From the NCBI RefSeq assembly GCF_009914755.1, contig NC_060948.1: DNA of 64,000 bases. One strand, given 5' to 3'. Source of the stretch: the human T2T-CHM13v2.0 reference genome, Homo sapiens. Of this stretch, positions 27,901-41,999 are shown one piece after another; the stretch's first letter is position 1, and every line of letters starts with the position of its first letter. The position numbers and the translations under genes are program-made. The notes under the pieces are model-generated. The model had not been told where the DNA came from and searched no databases. It saw only the letters and a program-made list of their open reading frames with translations.

Positions 27901-30900
27901 GTCTAGTATGCAATGCAATCGACTGGCAGGGAATCAAAAGGAATGTAATCGAATGGATTGGACTGGAATGCAATGGACTCGAATAGATTGGAAACGGAAT
28001 GCAAAGGAATGGAATGGAATAGTATGGAATGGAATGGAAAGGAATGGAGTGGAATAGACTAGAGTGGAATGGAATGGACTGGAAAGCAATAGACTGGAAT
28101 GGAACTTTCTTGAATGGACTGGAATCAAACGGAATGGAATGCAATGCAATCAAATGGCATGGAATAAAATAGAATGAAAGAGAATCAAATGGAATTGAAT
28201 CGAATGGAATCGAATGGATTGGAAAGGAATAGAATGGAATGGAATGGAATTGACTCAAATGGAATGGACTAGAATGGAATGGATTCGAATGGAAGGCAAA
28301 GGAATGGAATCTATTGGAATGGACTGTAATGGAATGGAATGGAAGGGATTGGAATGGACTCGAATGGAATGGACTGCAATAGAAAGGATTCGAATGGAAT
28401 GAAAAAGAATTGAATGGAATAGAACAGAATGGAATCAAATCGAATGAAATGGAATGGAATAGAAAGGAATGGAATGAAATGGAATGGAAAGGATTCGAAT
28501 GGAATGCAATCGAATGGAATGGAATCGAAAGGAATGGAATAAAATGGAAGAAAACTGGCAAGAAATGGAATCGAAATGAATGGAGTGTTATGGAACGGAC
28601 TCAAAAGGAATTGAATGTAATAGAATGGAGTGGAGTGGACTCGAATATAATGGACTGGAATGGAATGAAATCACATGGAATGGGAACGAATGGAATGGAA
28701 TGGAAAGGAATGGAATGGAATGGAAAGGAATCGAATGGAAGGGAATGAAATTGAATCAACAGGAATGGAAGGGAGTAGAATAGACGGTAATGGAATGGAC
28801 TCGAATAGAATGGACACGAATGCTCAAATTGAATGCACTCGAATGGAATGGAAACGAAAGGAATGTCATCGAATGGAATTGAATCGATTGGAATGAAATC
28901 GCATAGAATGGAGTGAAATCAAATGGAATTGAATCGAAAGGAAAGGAAGCGAATGGACTGAAATGAAATGGAATGGAATTGAATGGAAAGTTATGTAATG
29001 GAATAGAATGGAACGAAATTTCACGGAATGGAATCAAACTGAATGGAATCAAATCAATGGAATCAAATCAAATGGAATGGAAAGGAATTGAATGGAGTAG
29101 ATTGGATTGGATGGGATTGGAATGAAATGTACTGGAAAGGACTCGAATTTCATGAAACGGAATGGAATGAATTGGAACGGAACGGACTCGAATGGAATGG
29201 AATGTCATGGAATGGCATCAAATGGAATGGAATCGAATGCAATGGAATGCTATGGAATGGAATGGAATGCATTGGAATGGAATGTCTTCTAATGGAATGG
29301 ATTCGAGTGGAATGGAATCGAATATAATGGAGTCGAATGAAATGAAATTGAAAGGAATGGGATCGAATACAATGGAATATACTGGAATGTAATGTAATGA
29401 ACTCGAATGTAATTGACTGGAATGGAATGTACATGAATTGAATGTAATCGAATGGAAAGTAATCCAATGGAATAGAATCTAATGCAATAAAATCGACTCA
29501 GATAGAGTAGAATGTAATGGAATGGAGTGCAGTGCAATGGAATGGAATGGAATGGAATGGAATGGAATGGGATGGAATGGTGTGGAATGGATAGTAATGG
29601 ACTGGAGTGAAATGGACTGGAAAGGAATGGACTCAAATTGAAAGGGCTCGAAAGGAATGGAGTCAAATGGAATGGTCTGGAATGGAATGAACACGAATGT
29701 AATGCAATCCAATAGAATGGAATCGAATGACATGGAATATAAAGAAATGGAATCGAAGAGAATGGAAACAAATGGAATGGAATTGAATGGAATGGAATTG
29801 AATGGAATGGGAACGAATGGAGTGAAATTGTATGCAGTAGAAGAGAATAGAATGGAATGCAAGCGAAAGGAAAGGAATGGATTGGAATGGAATGGAATTC
29901 ATTGGAATGGAAGGGAATGTAGTGTAATGGACAGGCCTGGAATAAAGTGGAATGCTACGGTCTCCAATGGAATAAAAATGTATGGAATGGAATGCAATGA
30001 AACGGAATCGAATGTCATAGAATGTAATGGAATGCAAAAAAATGGAATCCAAAATCATTGACTGGAAAGGCTGGGTGTCGAAAGGAATTGACTCCAATGG
30101 AATGGAATCGAATGGAATGGAAGTGAATAGAATCGAACTAAATCGAATGGAATGGAATTGATAGGAACGGAATGGAAAGGAATGCAATGATTTGGCATGG
30201 AATGGAATCGAATGGCATCGAATGGAATGGAATGGAATGCAATGGAATGGAATGTATTAGAATGTAATGAACTTTAATGGAATGTACTCGAATGGATTCG
30301 ACTGGAATGGAATGTTGTGGAAGTGAATGGACTCCAATGGAATGGATTCAAAAGGAATGGAATCGTACGGAATGGAATCTAATGGAATGGAATTAAATGG
30401 AAATGAATCAAATTGAATAGCACGGAATTGAATTGAATGGAATGGAATGCAATGGAATCTAATGAAACGGAAAGGAAAGGAATGGAATGGAATGGAATGG
30501 GCTGGAATGGAAAGGAATCGAAACGAATGGAATGGAATCGAACTGAAGAGACTGGAATGGAATGCACTGGAATGGAAGGGAGTGTAATGGAAGGTTCTCG
30601 GAAAAAATGGAATGCAATGGAATGGAATTGAATGGAACGGAATAGAGTCGAATGGAATTGAATGGAATGGAATGGACTAGAGTGAAATGGAATCGAACCA
30701 CAAGGAATGGACAGGAATAGAATGGTCTCGAATTGAATGGAATCGTATGGAATGGCATCAAACGGAATGGAATGGACAGCCACGGAATGGAATGCACTCG
30801 AATGCAATGGAGTCGAAACTAATGGACTGGAATAGAATGGACTCGACTGGTACGGACTCCAATGGAATGGAATCGAATGGAAGGGAATCGAACGGAATGG

Positions 30901-33900
30901 ACTCGAAGGGAAAAGACTGCAATGGAAAGGTCTCGAATGGAATGGAAATTAATGGAATGGAATGGAATCGAATGAAATGGAGTCAAAAGGAATGGAATCG
31001 AATGGCAAGAAATCGAATGTAATGGAATCGCAAGGAATTGATGTGAACGGAACGGAATGGAATGGAATCCAAAGGAATGGAATAGAATGGAATGGAATCG
31101 AATGGAAAGGACTCGAATGGAAATCACTCGAATAGAATGCAATTTAATAAAATAGGATCAAATGTAATGGAATGGAATGGAAAGGAATCAAAACGAAAGG
31201 AATGGAGACAGATGGAATGGAATAGAACAGAGAGCAATGGTATAGAATGGAATGGAATCATCTGGAATGGAATTGAATGGAATGGAATAATATGAAATGG
31301 AATGGAATGGAATGGAATGGAATGCCCTTGAATTAAATGGACTGGAATGGAATGGACTTGAACAGAGTGGAATGGAAAGTGTTGAGATAGAATGGAATGG
31401 ACTCCTTTGGAATGGTGTAGTATGCAATGCAATCGACTGGCAGGGAATCAAAAGGAATGTAATCGAATGGATTGGACTGGAATGCAATGGACTCGAATAG
31501 ATTGCAAACGGAATGCAAAGGAATGGAATGGAATAGTATGGAATGGAATGGAAAGGAATGGAGTGGAATAGACTAGAGTGGAATGGAATGGACTGGAAAG
31601 CAATGGACTGGAATGGAACTTTCTTGAATGGACTGGAATCAAACGGAATGGAATGCAATGCAATCAAATGGCATGGAATAAAATAGAATGAAAGAGAATC
31701 AAATGGAATTGAATCGAATGGAATCGAATGGATTGGAAAGGAATAGAATGGAATGGAATGGAATGGACTAGAATGGAATGGATTCGAATGGAAGGCAAAG
31801 GAATGGAATCTATTGGAATGGACTGTAATGGAATGGAATGGAAGGGATTGGAATGGACTCGAATGGAATGGACTGCAATAGAAAGGATTCGAATGGAATG
31901 AAAAAGAGTTGAATGGAATAGAACAGAATGGAATCAAATCGAATGAAATGGAATGGAATAGAAAGGAATGGAATGAAATGGAATGGAAAGGATTCGAATG
32001 GAATGCAATCGAATGGAATGGAATCGAACGGAATGGAATAAAATGGAAGAAAACTGGCAAGAAATGGAATCGAAATGAATGGAGTGTTATGGAACGGACT
32101 CAAAAGGAATTGAATGTAATAGAATGGAGTGGAGTGGACTCGAATATAATGGACTGGAATGGAATGAAATCACATGGAATGGGAACGAATGGAATGGAAT
32201 GGAAAGGAATGGAATCGAATGGAAAGGAATCGAATGGAAGGGAATGAAATTGAATCAACAGGAATGGAAGGGAATAGAATAGACGGTAATGGAATGGACT
32301 CGAATAGAATGGACACGAATGCTCAAATTGAATGGACTCGAATGGAATGGAAACGAAAGGAATGTCATCGAATGGAATTGAATCGATTGGAATGAAATCG
32401 CATAGAATGGAGTGGAATCAAATGGAATTGAATCGAAAGGAAAGGAAGCGAATGGACTGAAATGAAATGGAATGGAATTGAATGGAAAGTAATGCAATGG
32501 AATAGAATGGAACGAAATTTCACGGAATGGAATCAAACTGAATGGAATCAAATCAATGGAATCCAATCAAATGGAATGGAGTAGATTGGATTGGATGGGA
32601 TTGAAATGAAATGTACTGGAAAGGACTCGAATTTCATGAAACGGAATGGAATGAATTGGAACGGAATGGACTCGAATGGAATGGAATGTCATAGAATGGC
32701 ATCAAATGGAATGGCATCAAATGGAATGGAATCGAATGCAATGGAATGCTATGGAATGGAATGGAATGCATTGGAATGGAATGTCCTCTAATGGAATGGA
32801 TTCGAGTGGAATGGAATCGAATATAATGGAGTCGAATGAAATGGAATTGAAAGGAATGGGATCGAATACAATGGAATATACTGGAATGTAATGTAATGAA
32901 CTCGAATGTAATTGACTGGAATGGAATGTACATGAATGGAATGTAATCGAATGGAAAGTAATCCAATGGAATAGAATCTAATGCAATAAAATCGACTCAG
33001 ATAGAGTAGAATGTAATGGAATGGAGTGCAGTGCAATGGAATGCAATGGAATGGAATGCAATGGAATGGAATGGAATGGAATGGAATGGAATGGAATGGT
33101 GTGGAATGGATAGTAATGGACTGGAGTGAAATGGACTGGAAAGGAATGGACTCAAATTGAAAGGGCTCGAAAGGAATGGAGTCAAATGGAATGGTCTGGA
33201 ATGGAATGAACACGAATGTAATGCAATCCAATAGAATGGAATCGAATGGCATGGAATATAAAGAAATGGAATCGAAGAGAATGGAAACAAATGGAATGGA
33301 ATTGAGTGGAATGGAATTGAATGGAATGGGAACGAATGGAGTGAAATTGTATGCAGTAGAAGAGAATAGAATGGAATGCAAGCGAAAGGAAAGGAATGGA
33401 TTGGAATGGAATGGAATTCATTGGAATGGAAGGGAATGTAGTGTAATGGACAGGCCTGGAATAAAGTGGAATGCTACGGTCTCCAATGGAATAAAAATGT
33501 ATGGAATGGAATGCAATGAAACGGAATCGAATGTCATAGAATGTAATGGAATGCAAAAAAATGGAATCCAAAATCATTGACTGGAAAGGCTGGGTGTCGA
33601 AAGGAATTGACTCCAATTGAATGGAATCGAATGGAATGGAAGTGAATAGAATCGAACTAAATCGAATGGAATGGAATTGATAGGAACGGAATGGAAAGGA
33701 ATGCAATGATTTGGCATGGAATGGAATCGAATGGCATCGAATGGAATGGAATGGAATGCAATGGAATGGAATGTATTAGAATGTAATGAACTTTAATGGA
33801 ATGTACTCGAATGGATTCGACTGGAATGGAATGTTGTGGAAGTGAATGGACTCCAATGGAATGGATTCAAAAGGAATGGAATCGTACGGAATGGAATCTA

Positions 33901-36900
33901 ATGGAATGGAATTAAATTTAAATGAATCAAATTGAATAGCACGGAATTGAATTGAATGGAATGGAATGCAATGGAATCTAATGAAACGGAAAGGAAAGGA
34001 ATGGAATGGGATGGAATGGGCTGGAATGGAAAGGAATCGAAACGAATGGAATGGAATCGAACTGAAGAGACTGGAATGGAATGCACTGGAATGGAAGGGA
34101 GTGTAATGGAAGGTTCTCGAAAAAAATGGAATGGAATGGAATGGAATTGAATGGAACGGAATAGAGTCGAATGGAATTGAATGGAATGGAATGGACTAGA
34201 GTGAAATGGAATCGAACCACAAGGAATGGACAGGAATAGAATGGTCTCGAATTGAATGGAATCGTATGGAATGGCATCAAACGGAATGGAATGGACAGCC
34301 ACGGAATGGAATGCACTCGAATGCAATGGAGTCGAAACTAATGGACTGGAATAGAATGGACTCGACTGGTACGGACTCCAATGGAATGGAATCGAATGGA
34401 AGGGAATCGAACGGAATGGACTCGAAGGGAAAAGACTGCAATGGAAAGGTCTCAAATGGAATGGAAATTAATGGAATGGAATGGAATCGAATGAAATGGA
34501 GTCAAAAGGAATGGAATCGAATGGCAAGAAATCGAATGTAATGGAATCGCAAGGAATTGATGTGAACGGAACGGAATGGAATGGAATCCAAAGGAATGGA
34601 ATAGAATGGAATGGAATCGAATGGAAAGGACTCGAATGGAAATCACTCGAATAGAATGCAATTTAATAAAATAGGATCAAATGTAATGGAATGGAATGGA
34701 AAGGAATCGAAACGAAAGGAATGGAGACAGATGGAATGGAATAGAACAGAGAGCAATGGTATAGAATGGAATGGAATCATCTGGAATGGAATTGAATGGA
34801 ATGGAATAATATGAAATGGAATGGAATGGAATGGAATGGAATGCCCTTGAATTAAATGGACTGGAATGGAATGGACTCGAACAGAGTGGAATGGAAAGTG
34901 TTGAGATAGAATGGAATGGACTCTTTGGAATGGTGTAGTATGCAATGCAATCGACTGGCAGGGAATCAAAAGGAATGTAATCGAATGGATTGGACTGGAA
35001 TGCAATGGACTCGAATAGATTGCAAACGGAATGCAAAGGAATGGAATGGAATAGTATGGAATGGAATGGAAAGGAATGGAGTGGAATAGACTAGAGTGGA
35101 ATGGAATGGACTGGAAAGCAATGGACTGGAATGGAACTTTCTTGAATGGACTGGAATCAAACGGAATGGAATGCAATGCAATCAAATGGCATGGAATAAA
35201 GTAGAATGAAAGAGAATCAAATGGAATTGAATCGAATGGAATCGAATGGATTGGAAAGGAATAGAATGGAATGGAATGGAATGGACTAGAATGGAATGGA
35301 TTCGAATGGAAGGCAAAGGAATGGAATCTATTGCAATGGACTGTAATGGAATGGAATGGAAGGGATTGGAATGGACTCGAATGGAATTGACTGCAATAGA
35401 AAGGATTCGAATGGAATGAAAAAGAGTTGAATGGAATAGAACAGAATGGAATCAAATCGAATGAAATGGAATGGAATAGAAAGGAATGGAATGAAATGGA
35501 ATGGAAAGGATTCGAATGGAATGCAATCGAATGGAATGGAATCGAACGGAATGGAATAAAATGGAAGAAAACTGGCAAGAAATGGAATCGAAATGAATGG
35601 AGTGTTATGGAACGGACTCAAAAGGAATTGAATGTAATAGAATGGAGTGGAGTGGACTCGAATATAATGGACTGGAATGGAATGAAATCACATGGAATGG
35701 GAACGAATGGAATGGAATGGAAAGGAATGGAATCGAATGGAAAGGAATCGAATGGAAGGGAATGAAATTGAATCAACAGGAATGGAAGGGAATAGAATAG
35801 ACGGTAATGGAATGGACTCGAATAGAATGGACACGAATGCTCAAATTGAATGGACTCGAATGGAATGGAAACGAAAGGAATGTCATCGAATGGAATTGAA
35901 TCGATTGGAATGAAATCGCATAGAATGGAGTGGAATCAAATGGAATTGAATCGAAAGGAAAGGAAGCGAATGGACTGAAATGAAATGGAATGGAATTGAA
36001 TGGAAAGTAATGCAATGGAATAGAATGGAACGAAATTTCACGGAATGGAATCAAACTGAATGGAATCAAATCAATGGAATCCAATCAAATGGAATGGAGT
36101 AGATTGGATTGGATGGGATTGAAATGAAATGTACTGGAAAGGACTCGAATTTCATGAAACGGAATGGAATGAATTGGAACGGAATGGACTCGAATGGAAT
36201 GGAATGTCATAGAATGGCATCAAATGGAATGGCATCAAATGGAATGGAATCGAATGCAATGGAATGCTATGGAATGGAATGGAATGCATTGGCATGGAAT
36301 GTCCTCTAATGGAATGGATTCGAGTGGAATGGAATCGAATATAATGGAGTCGAATGAAATGGAATTGAAAGGAATGGGATCGAATACAATGGAATATACT
36401 GGAATGTAATGTAATGAACTCGAATGTAATTGACTGGAATGGAATGTACATGAATGGAATGTAATCGAATGGAAAGTAATCCAATGGAATAGAATCTAAT
36501 GCAATAAAATCGACTCAGATAGAGTAGAATGTAATGGAATGGAGTGCAGTGCAATGGAATGGAATGGAATGGAATGCAATGGAATGGAATGGAATGGAAT
36601 GGAATGGAATGGAATGGAATGGAATGGAATGGGATGGAATGGTATGGAATGGATAGTAATGGACTGGAGTGAAATGGACTGGAAAGGAATGGACTCAAAT
36701 TGAAAGGGCTGGAAAGGAATGGAGTCAAATGGAATGGTCTGGAATGGAATGAACACGAAAGTAATGCAATCCAATAGAATGGAATCGAATGGAATGGAAT
36801 ATAATGAAATGGAATCGAAGAGAATGGAAACAAATGGAATGGAATTGAATGGAATGGGAACGAATGGAGTGAAATTGTATGCAGTAGAAGGGAATAGAAT

Positions 36901-39900
36901 GGAATGCAAGCGAAAGGAAAGGAATGGATTGGAATGGAATGGAATTCATTGGAATGGAAGGGAATGTAGTGTAATGGACAGGCCTGGAATAAAGTGGAAT
37001 GCTACGGTCTCGAATGGAATAAAAATGTATGGAATGGAATGCAATGAAACGGAATCGAATGTCATAGAATGTAATGGAATGCAAAAAAATGGAATCCAAA
37101 ATCATTGACTGGAAAGGCTGGGTGTCGAAAGGAATTGACTCCAATGGAATGGAATCGAATGGAATGGAAGTGAATAGAATCGAACTAAATCGAATGGAAT
37201 GGAATTGATAGGAACGGAATGGAAAGGAATGCAATGATTTGGCACGGAATGGAATTGAATGGCATCGAATGGAATGGAATGGAATGCAATGGAATGGAAC
37301 GTATTAGAATATAATGAACTTTAATGGAATGTACTCGAATGGAATCGACTGGAATGGAATGTTCTGGAAGTGAATGGAATCCAATGGAATGGATACAAAA
37401 GGAATGGAATCGTACGGAATGGAATCTAATGGAATGGAATTAAATGGAAATGAATCAAATTGAATAGCATGGAATTGAATTGAATGGAATCGAATGCAAT
37501 GGAATCTAATGAAACGGAAAGGAAAGGAATGGAATGGAATGGAATGGGCTGGAATGGAAAGGAATCGAAACGAATGGAATGGAATCGAATTGACGAGACT
37601 GGAATGGAATGCACTGGAATGGAAGGGAGTGTAATGGAAGGTTCTCGAAAAAAATGGAATCGAATGGAATGGAATTGAATGGAACGGAATAGAGTCGAAT
37701 GGAATTGAATAGAATGGAATGGACTAGAGTGAAATGGAATCGAACCACAAGGAATGGACAGGAACAGAATGGTCTCGAATTGAATGGAATCGTATGGAAT
37801 GGCATCAAACGGAATGGAATGGACAGCCACGGAATGGAATGCACTCGAATGCAATGGAGTCGAAACTAATGGACTGGAATAGAATGGACTCGACTGGTAC
37901 GGACTCCAGTGGAATGGAATCGAATGGAAGGGAATCGAACGGAATGGACTCGAAGGGAAAAGACTGCAATGGAAAGGTCTCGAATGGAATGGAAATTAAT
38001 GGAATGGAATGGAATCGAATGAAATGGAGTCAAAAGGAATGGAATCGAATGGCAAGAATTCGAATGTAATGGAATCGCAAGGAATTGATGTGAACGGAAC
38101 GGAATGGAATGGAATCCAAAGGAATGGAATAGAATGGAATGGAATCGAATGGAAAGGACTCGAATGGAAATCACTCGAATAGAATGCAATTTAATAAAAT
38201 AGGATCAAATGTAATGGAATGGAATGGAAAGGAATCGAAACGAAAGGAATGGAGACAGATGGAATGGAATGGAACAGAGAGCAATGGTATAGAATGGAAT
38301 GGAATCATCTGGAATGGAATTGAATGGAATGGAATAATATGAAATGGAATGGAATGGAATGGAATGGAATGGAATGGAATGCCCTTGAATTAAATGGACT
38401 GGAATGGAATGGACTCGAACAGAGTGGAATGGAAAGTGTTGAGATAGAATGGAATGGACTCGTTTGGAATGGTCTAGTATGCAATGCAATCGACTGGCAG
38501 GGAATCAAAAGGAATGTAATGGAATGGATTGGACTGGAATGCAATGGACTCGAATAGATTGGAAACGGAATGCAAAGGAATGGAATGGAATAGTATGGAA
38601 TGGAATGGAAAGGAATGGAGTGGAATAGACTAGAGTGGAATGGAATGGACTGGAAAGCAATAGACTGGAATGGAACTTTCTTGAATGGACTGGAATCAAA
38701 CGGAATGGAATGCAATGCAATCAAATGGCATGGAATAAAATAGAATGAAAGAGAATCAAATGGAATTGAATCGAATGGAATCGAATGGATTGGAAAGGAA
38801 TAGAATGGAATGGAATGGAATTGACTCAAATGGAATGGACTAGAATGGAATGGATTCGAATGGAAGGCAAAGGAATGGAATCTATTGGAATGGACTGTAA
38901 TGGAATGGAATGGAAGGGATTGGAATGGACTCGAATGGAATGGACTGCAATAGAAAGGATTCGAATGGAATGAAAAAGAATTGAATGGAATAGAACAGAA
39001 TGGAATCAAATCGAATGAAATGGAATGGAATAGAAAGGAATGGAATGAAATGGAATGGAAAGGATTCGAATGGAATGCAATCGAATGGAATGGAATCGAA
39101 CGGAATGGAATAAAATGGAAGAAAACTGGCAAGAAATGGAATCGAAATGAATGGAGTGTTATGGAACGGACTCAAAAGGAATTGAATGTAATAGAATGGA
39201 GTGGAGTGGACTCGAATATAATGGACTGGAATGGAATGAAATCACATGGAATGGGAACGAATGGAATGGAATGGAAAGGAATCGAATGGAAGGGAATGAA
39301 ATTGAATCAACAGGAATGGAAGGGAATAGAATAGACGGTAATGGAATGGACTCGAATAGAATGGACACGAATGCTCAAATTGAATGGACTCGAATGGAAT
39401 GGAAACGAAAGGAATGTCATCGAATGGAATTCAATCGATTGGAATGAAATCGCATAGAATGGAGTGGAATCAAATGGAATTGAATCGAAAGGAAAGGAAG
39501 CGAATGGACTGAAATGAAATGGAATGGAATTGAATGGAAAGTAATGCAATGGAATAGAATGGAACGAAATTTCACGGAATGGAATCAAACTGAATGGAAT
39601 CAAATCAATGGAATCAAATCAAATGGAATGGAAAGGAATAGAATGGAGTAGATTGGATTGGATGGGATTGGAATGAAATGTACTGGAAAGGACTCGAATT
39701 TCATGAAACGGAATGGAATGAATTGGAACGGAATGGACTCGAATGGAATGGAATGTCATGGAATGGCATCAAATGGAATGGCATCAAATGGAATGGAATC
39801 GAATGCAATGGAATGCTATGGAATGGAATGGAATGCATTGGAATGGAATGTCCTCTAATGGAATGGATTCGAGTGGAATGGAATCGAATATAATGGAGTC

Positions 39901-41999
39901 GAATGAAATGGAATTGAAAAGAATGGGATCGAATACAATGGAATATACTGGAATGTAATGTAATGAACTCGAATGTAATTGACTGGAAGGGAATGTACAT
40001 GAATGGAATGTAATCAAATGGAAAGTAATCCAATGGAATAGAAACTAATGCAATAAAATCGACTCAAATAGTGTAGAATGTAATGGAATGGAGTGCAGTG
40101 CAATGGAATGGAATGGAATGGAATGCAATGGAATGGAATGGAATGTTATGGAATGGAATGGAATGGATTGGAATGGGATGGAATGGTATGGAATGGATAG
40201 TAATGGACTGGAGTGAAATGGACTGGAAAGGAATGGACTCAAATTGAAAGGGCTCGAAAGGAATGGAGTCAAATGGAATGGTCTGGAATGGAATGAACAC
40301 GAATGTAATGCAATCCAATAGAATGGAATCGAATGGCATGGAATATAAAGAAATGGAATCGAAGAGAATGGAAACAAATGGAATGGAATTGAATGGAATG
40401 GAATTGAATGGAATGGGAACGAATGGAGTGAAATTGTATGCAGTAGAAGAGAATAGAATGGAATGCAAGCGAAAGGAAAGGAATGGATTGGAATGGAATG
40501 GAATTCATTGGAATGGAAGGGAATGTAGTGTAATGGACAGGCCTGGAATAAAGTGGAATGCTACGGTCTCGAATGGAATAAAAATGTATGGAATGGAATG
40601 GAATGAAACGGAATCGAATGTCATACAATGTAATGGAATGCAAAAAAATGGAATCCAAAATCATTGACTGGAAAGGCTGGGTGTCGAAAGGAATTGACTC
40701 CAATGGAATGGAATCGAATGGAATGGAAGTGAATAGAATCGAACTAAATCGAATGGAATGGAATTGATAGGAACGGAATGGAAAGGAATGCAATGATTTG
40801 GCATGGAATGCAATCAAATGGCATCGAATGGAATGGAATGGAATGCAATGGAATGGAATGTATTAGAATGTAATGAACTTTAATGGAATGTACTCGAATG
40901 GATTCGACTGGAATGGTATGTTCTGGAAGTGAATGGACTCCAATGGAATGGATTCAAAAGGAATGGAATCGTACGGAATGGAATCTAATGGAATGGAATT
41001 AAATGGAAATGAATCAAATTGAATAGCACGGAATAGAATTGAATGGAATGGAATGCAATGGAATCTAATGAAACGGAAAGGAAAGGAATGGAATGGAATG
41101 GAATGGGCTGGAATGGAAAGGAATAGAAACGAATGGAATGGAATCGAACTGAAGAGACTGGAATGGAATGCACTGGAATGGAAGGGAGTGTAATGGAAGG
41201 TTCTCGAAAAAAATGGAATCGAATGGAATGGAATTGAATGGAACGGAATAGAGTCGAATGGAATTGAATGGAATGGAATGGACTAGAGTGAAATGGAATC
41301 GAACCACAAGGAATGGACAGGAATAGAATGGTCTCGAATTGAATGGAATCGTATGGAATGGCATCAAACGGAATGGAATGGACAGCCACGGAATGGAATG
41401 CACTCGAATGCAATGGAGTCGAAACTAATGGACTGGAATAGAATGGACTCGACTGGTACGGACTCCAATGGAATGGAATCGAATGGAAGGGAATCGAACG
41501 GAATGGACTCAAAGGGAAAAGACTGCAATGGAAAGGTCTCGAATGGAATGGAAATTAATGGAATGGAATGGAATCGAATGAAATGGAGTCAAAAGGAATG
41601 GAATCGAATGGCAAGAAATCGAATGTAATGGAATCGCAAGGAATTGATGTGAACGGAACGGAATGGAATGGAATCCAAAGGAATGGAATAGAATGGAATG
41701 GAATCGAATGGAAAGGACTCGAATGGAAATCACTCGAATAGAATGCAATTTAATAAAATAGGATCAAATGTAATGGAATGGAATGGAAAGGAATCGAAAC
41801 GAAAGGAATGGAGACAGATGGAATGGAATGGAACAGAGAGCAATGGTATAGAATGGAATGGAATCATCTGGAATGGAATTGAATGGAATGGAATAATATG
41901 AAATGGAATGGAATGGAATGGAATGCCCTTGAATTAAATGGACTGGAATGGAATGGACTCAAACAGAGTGGAATGGAAAGTGTTGAGATAGAATGGAAT

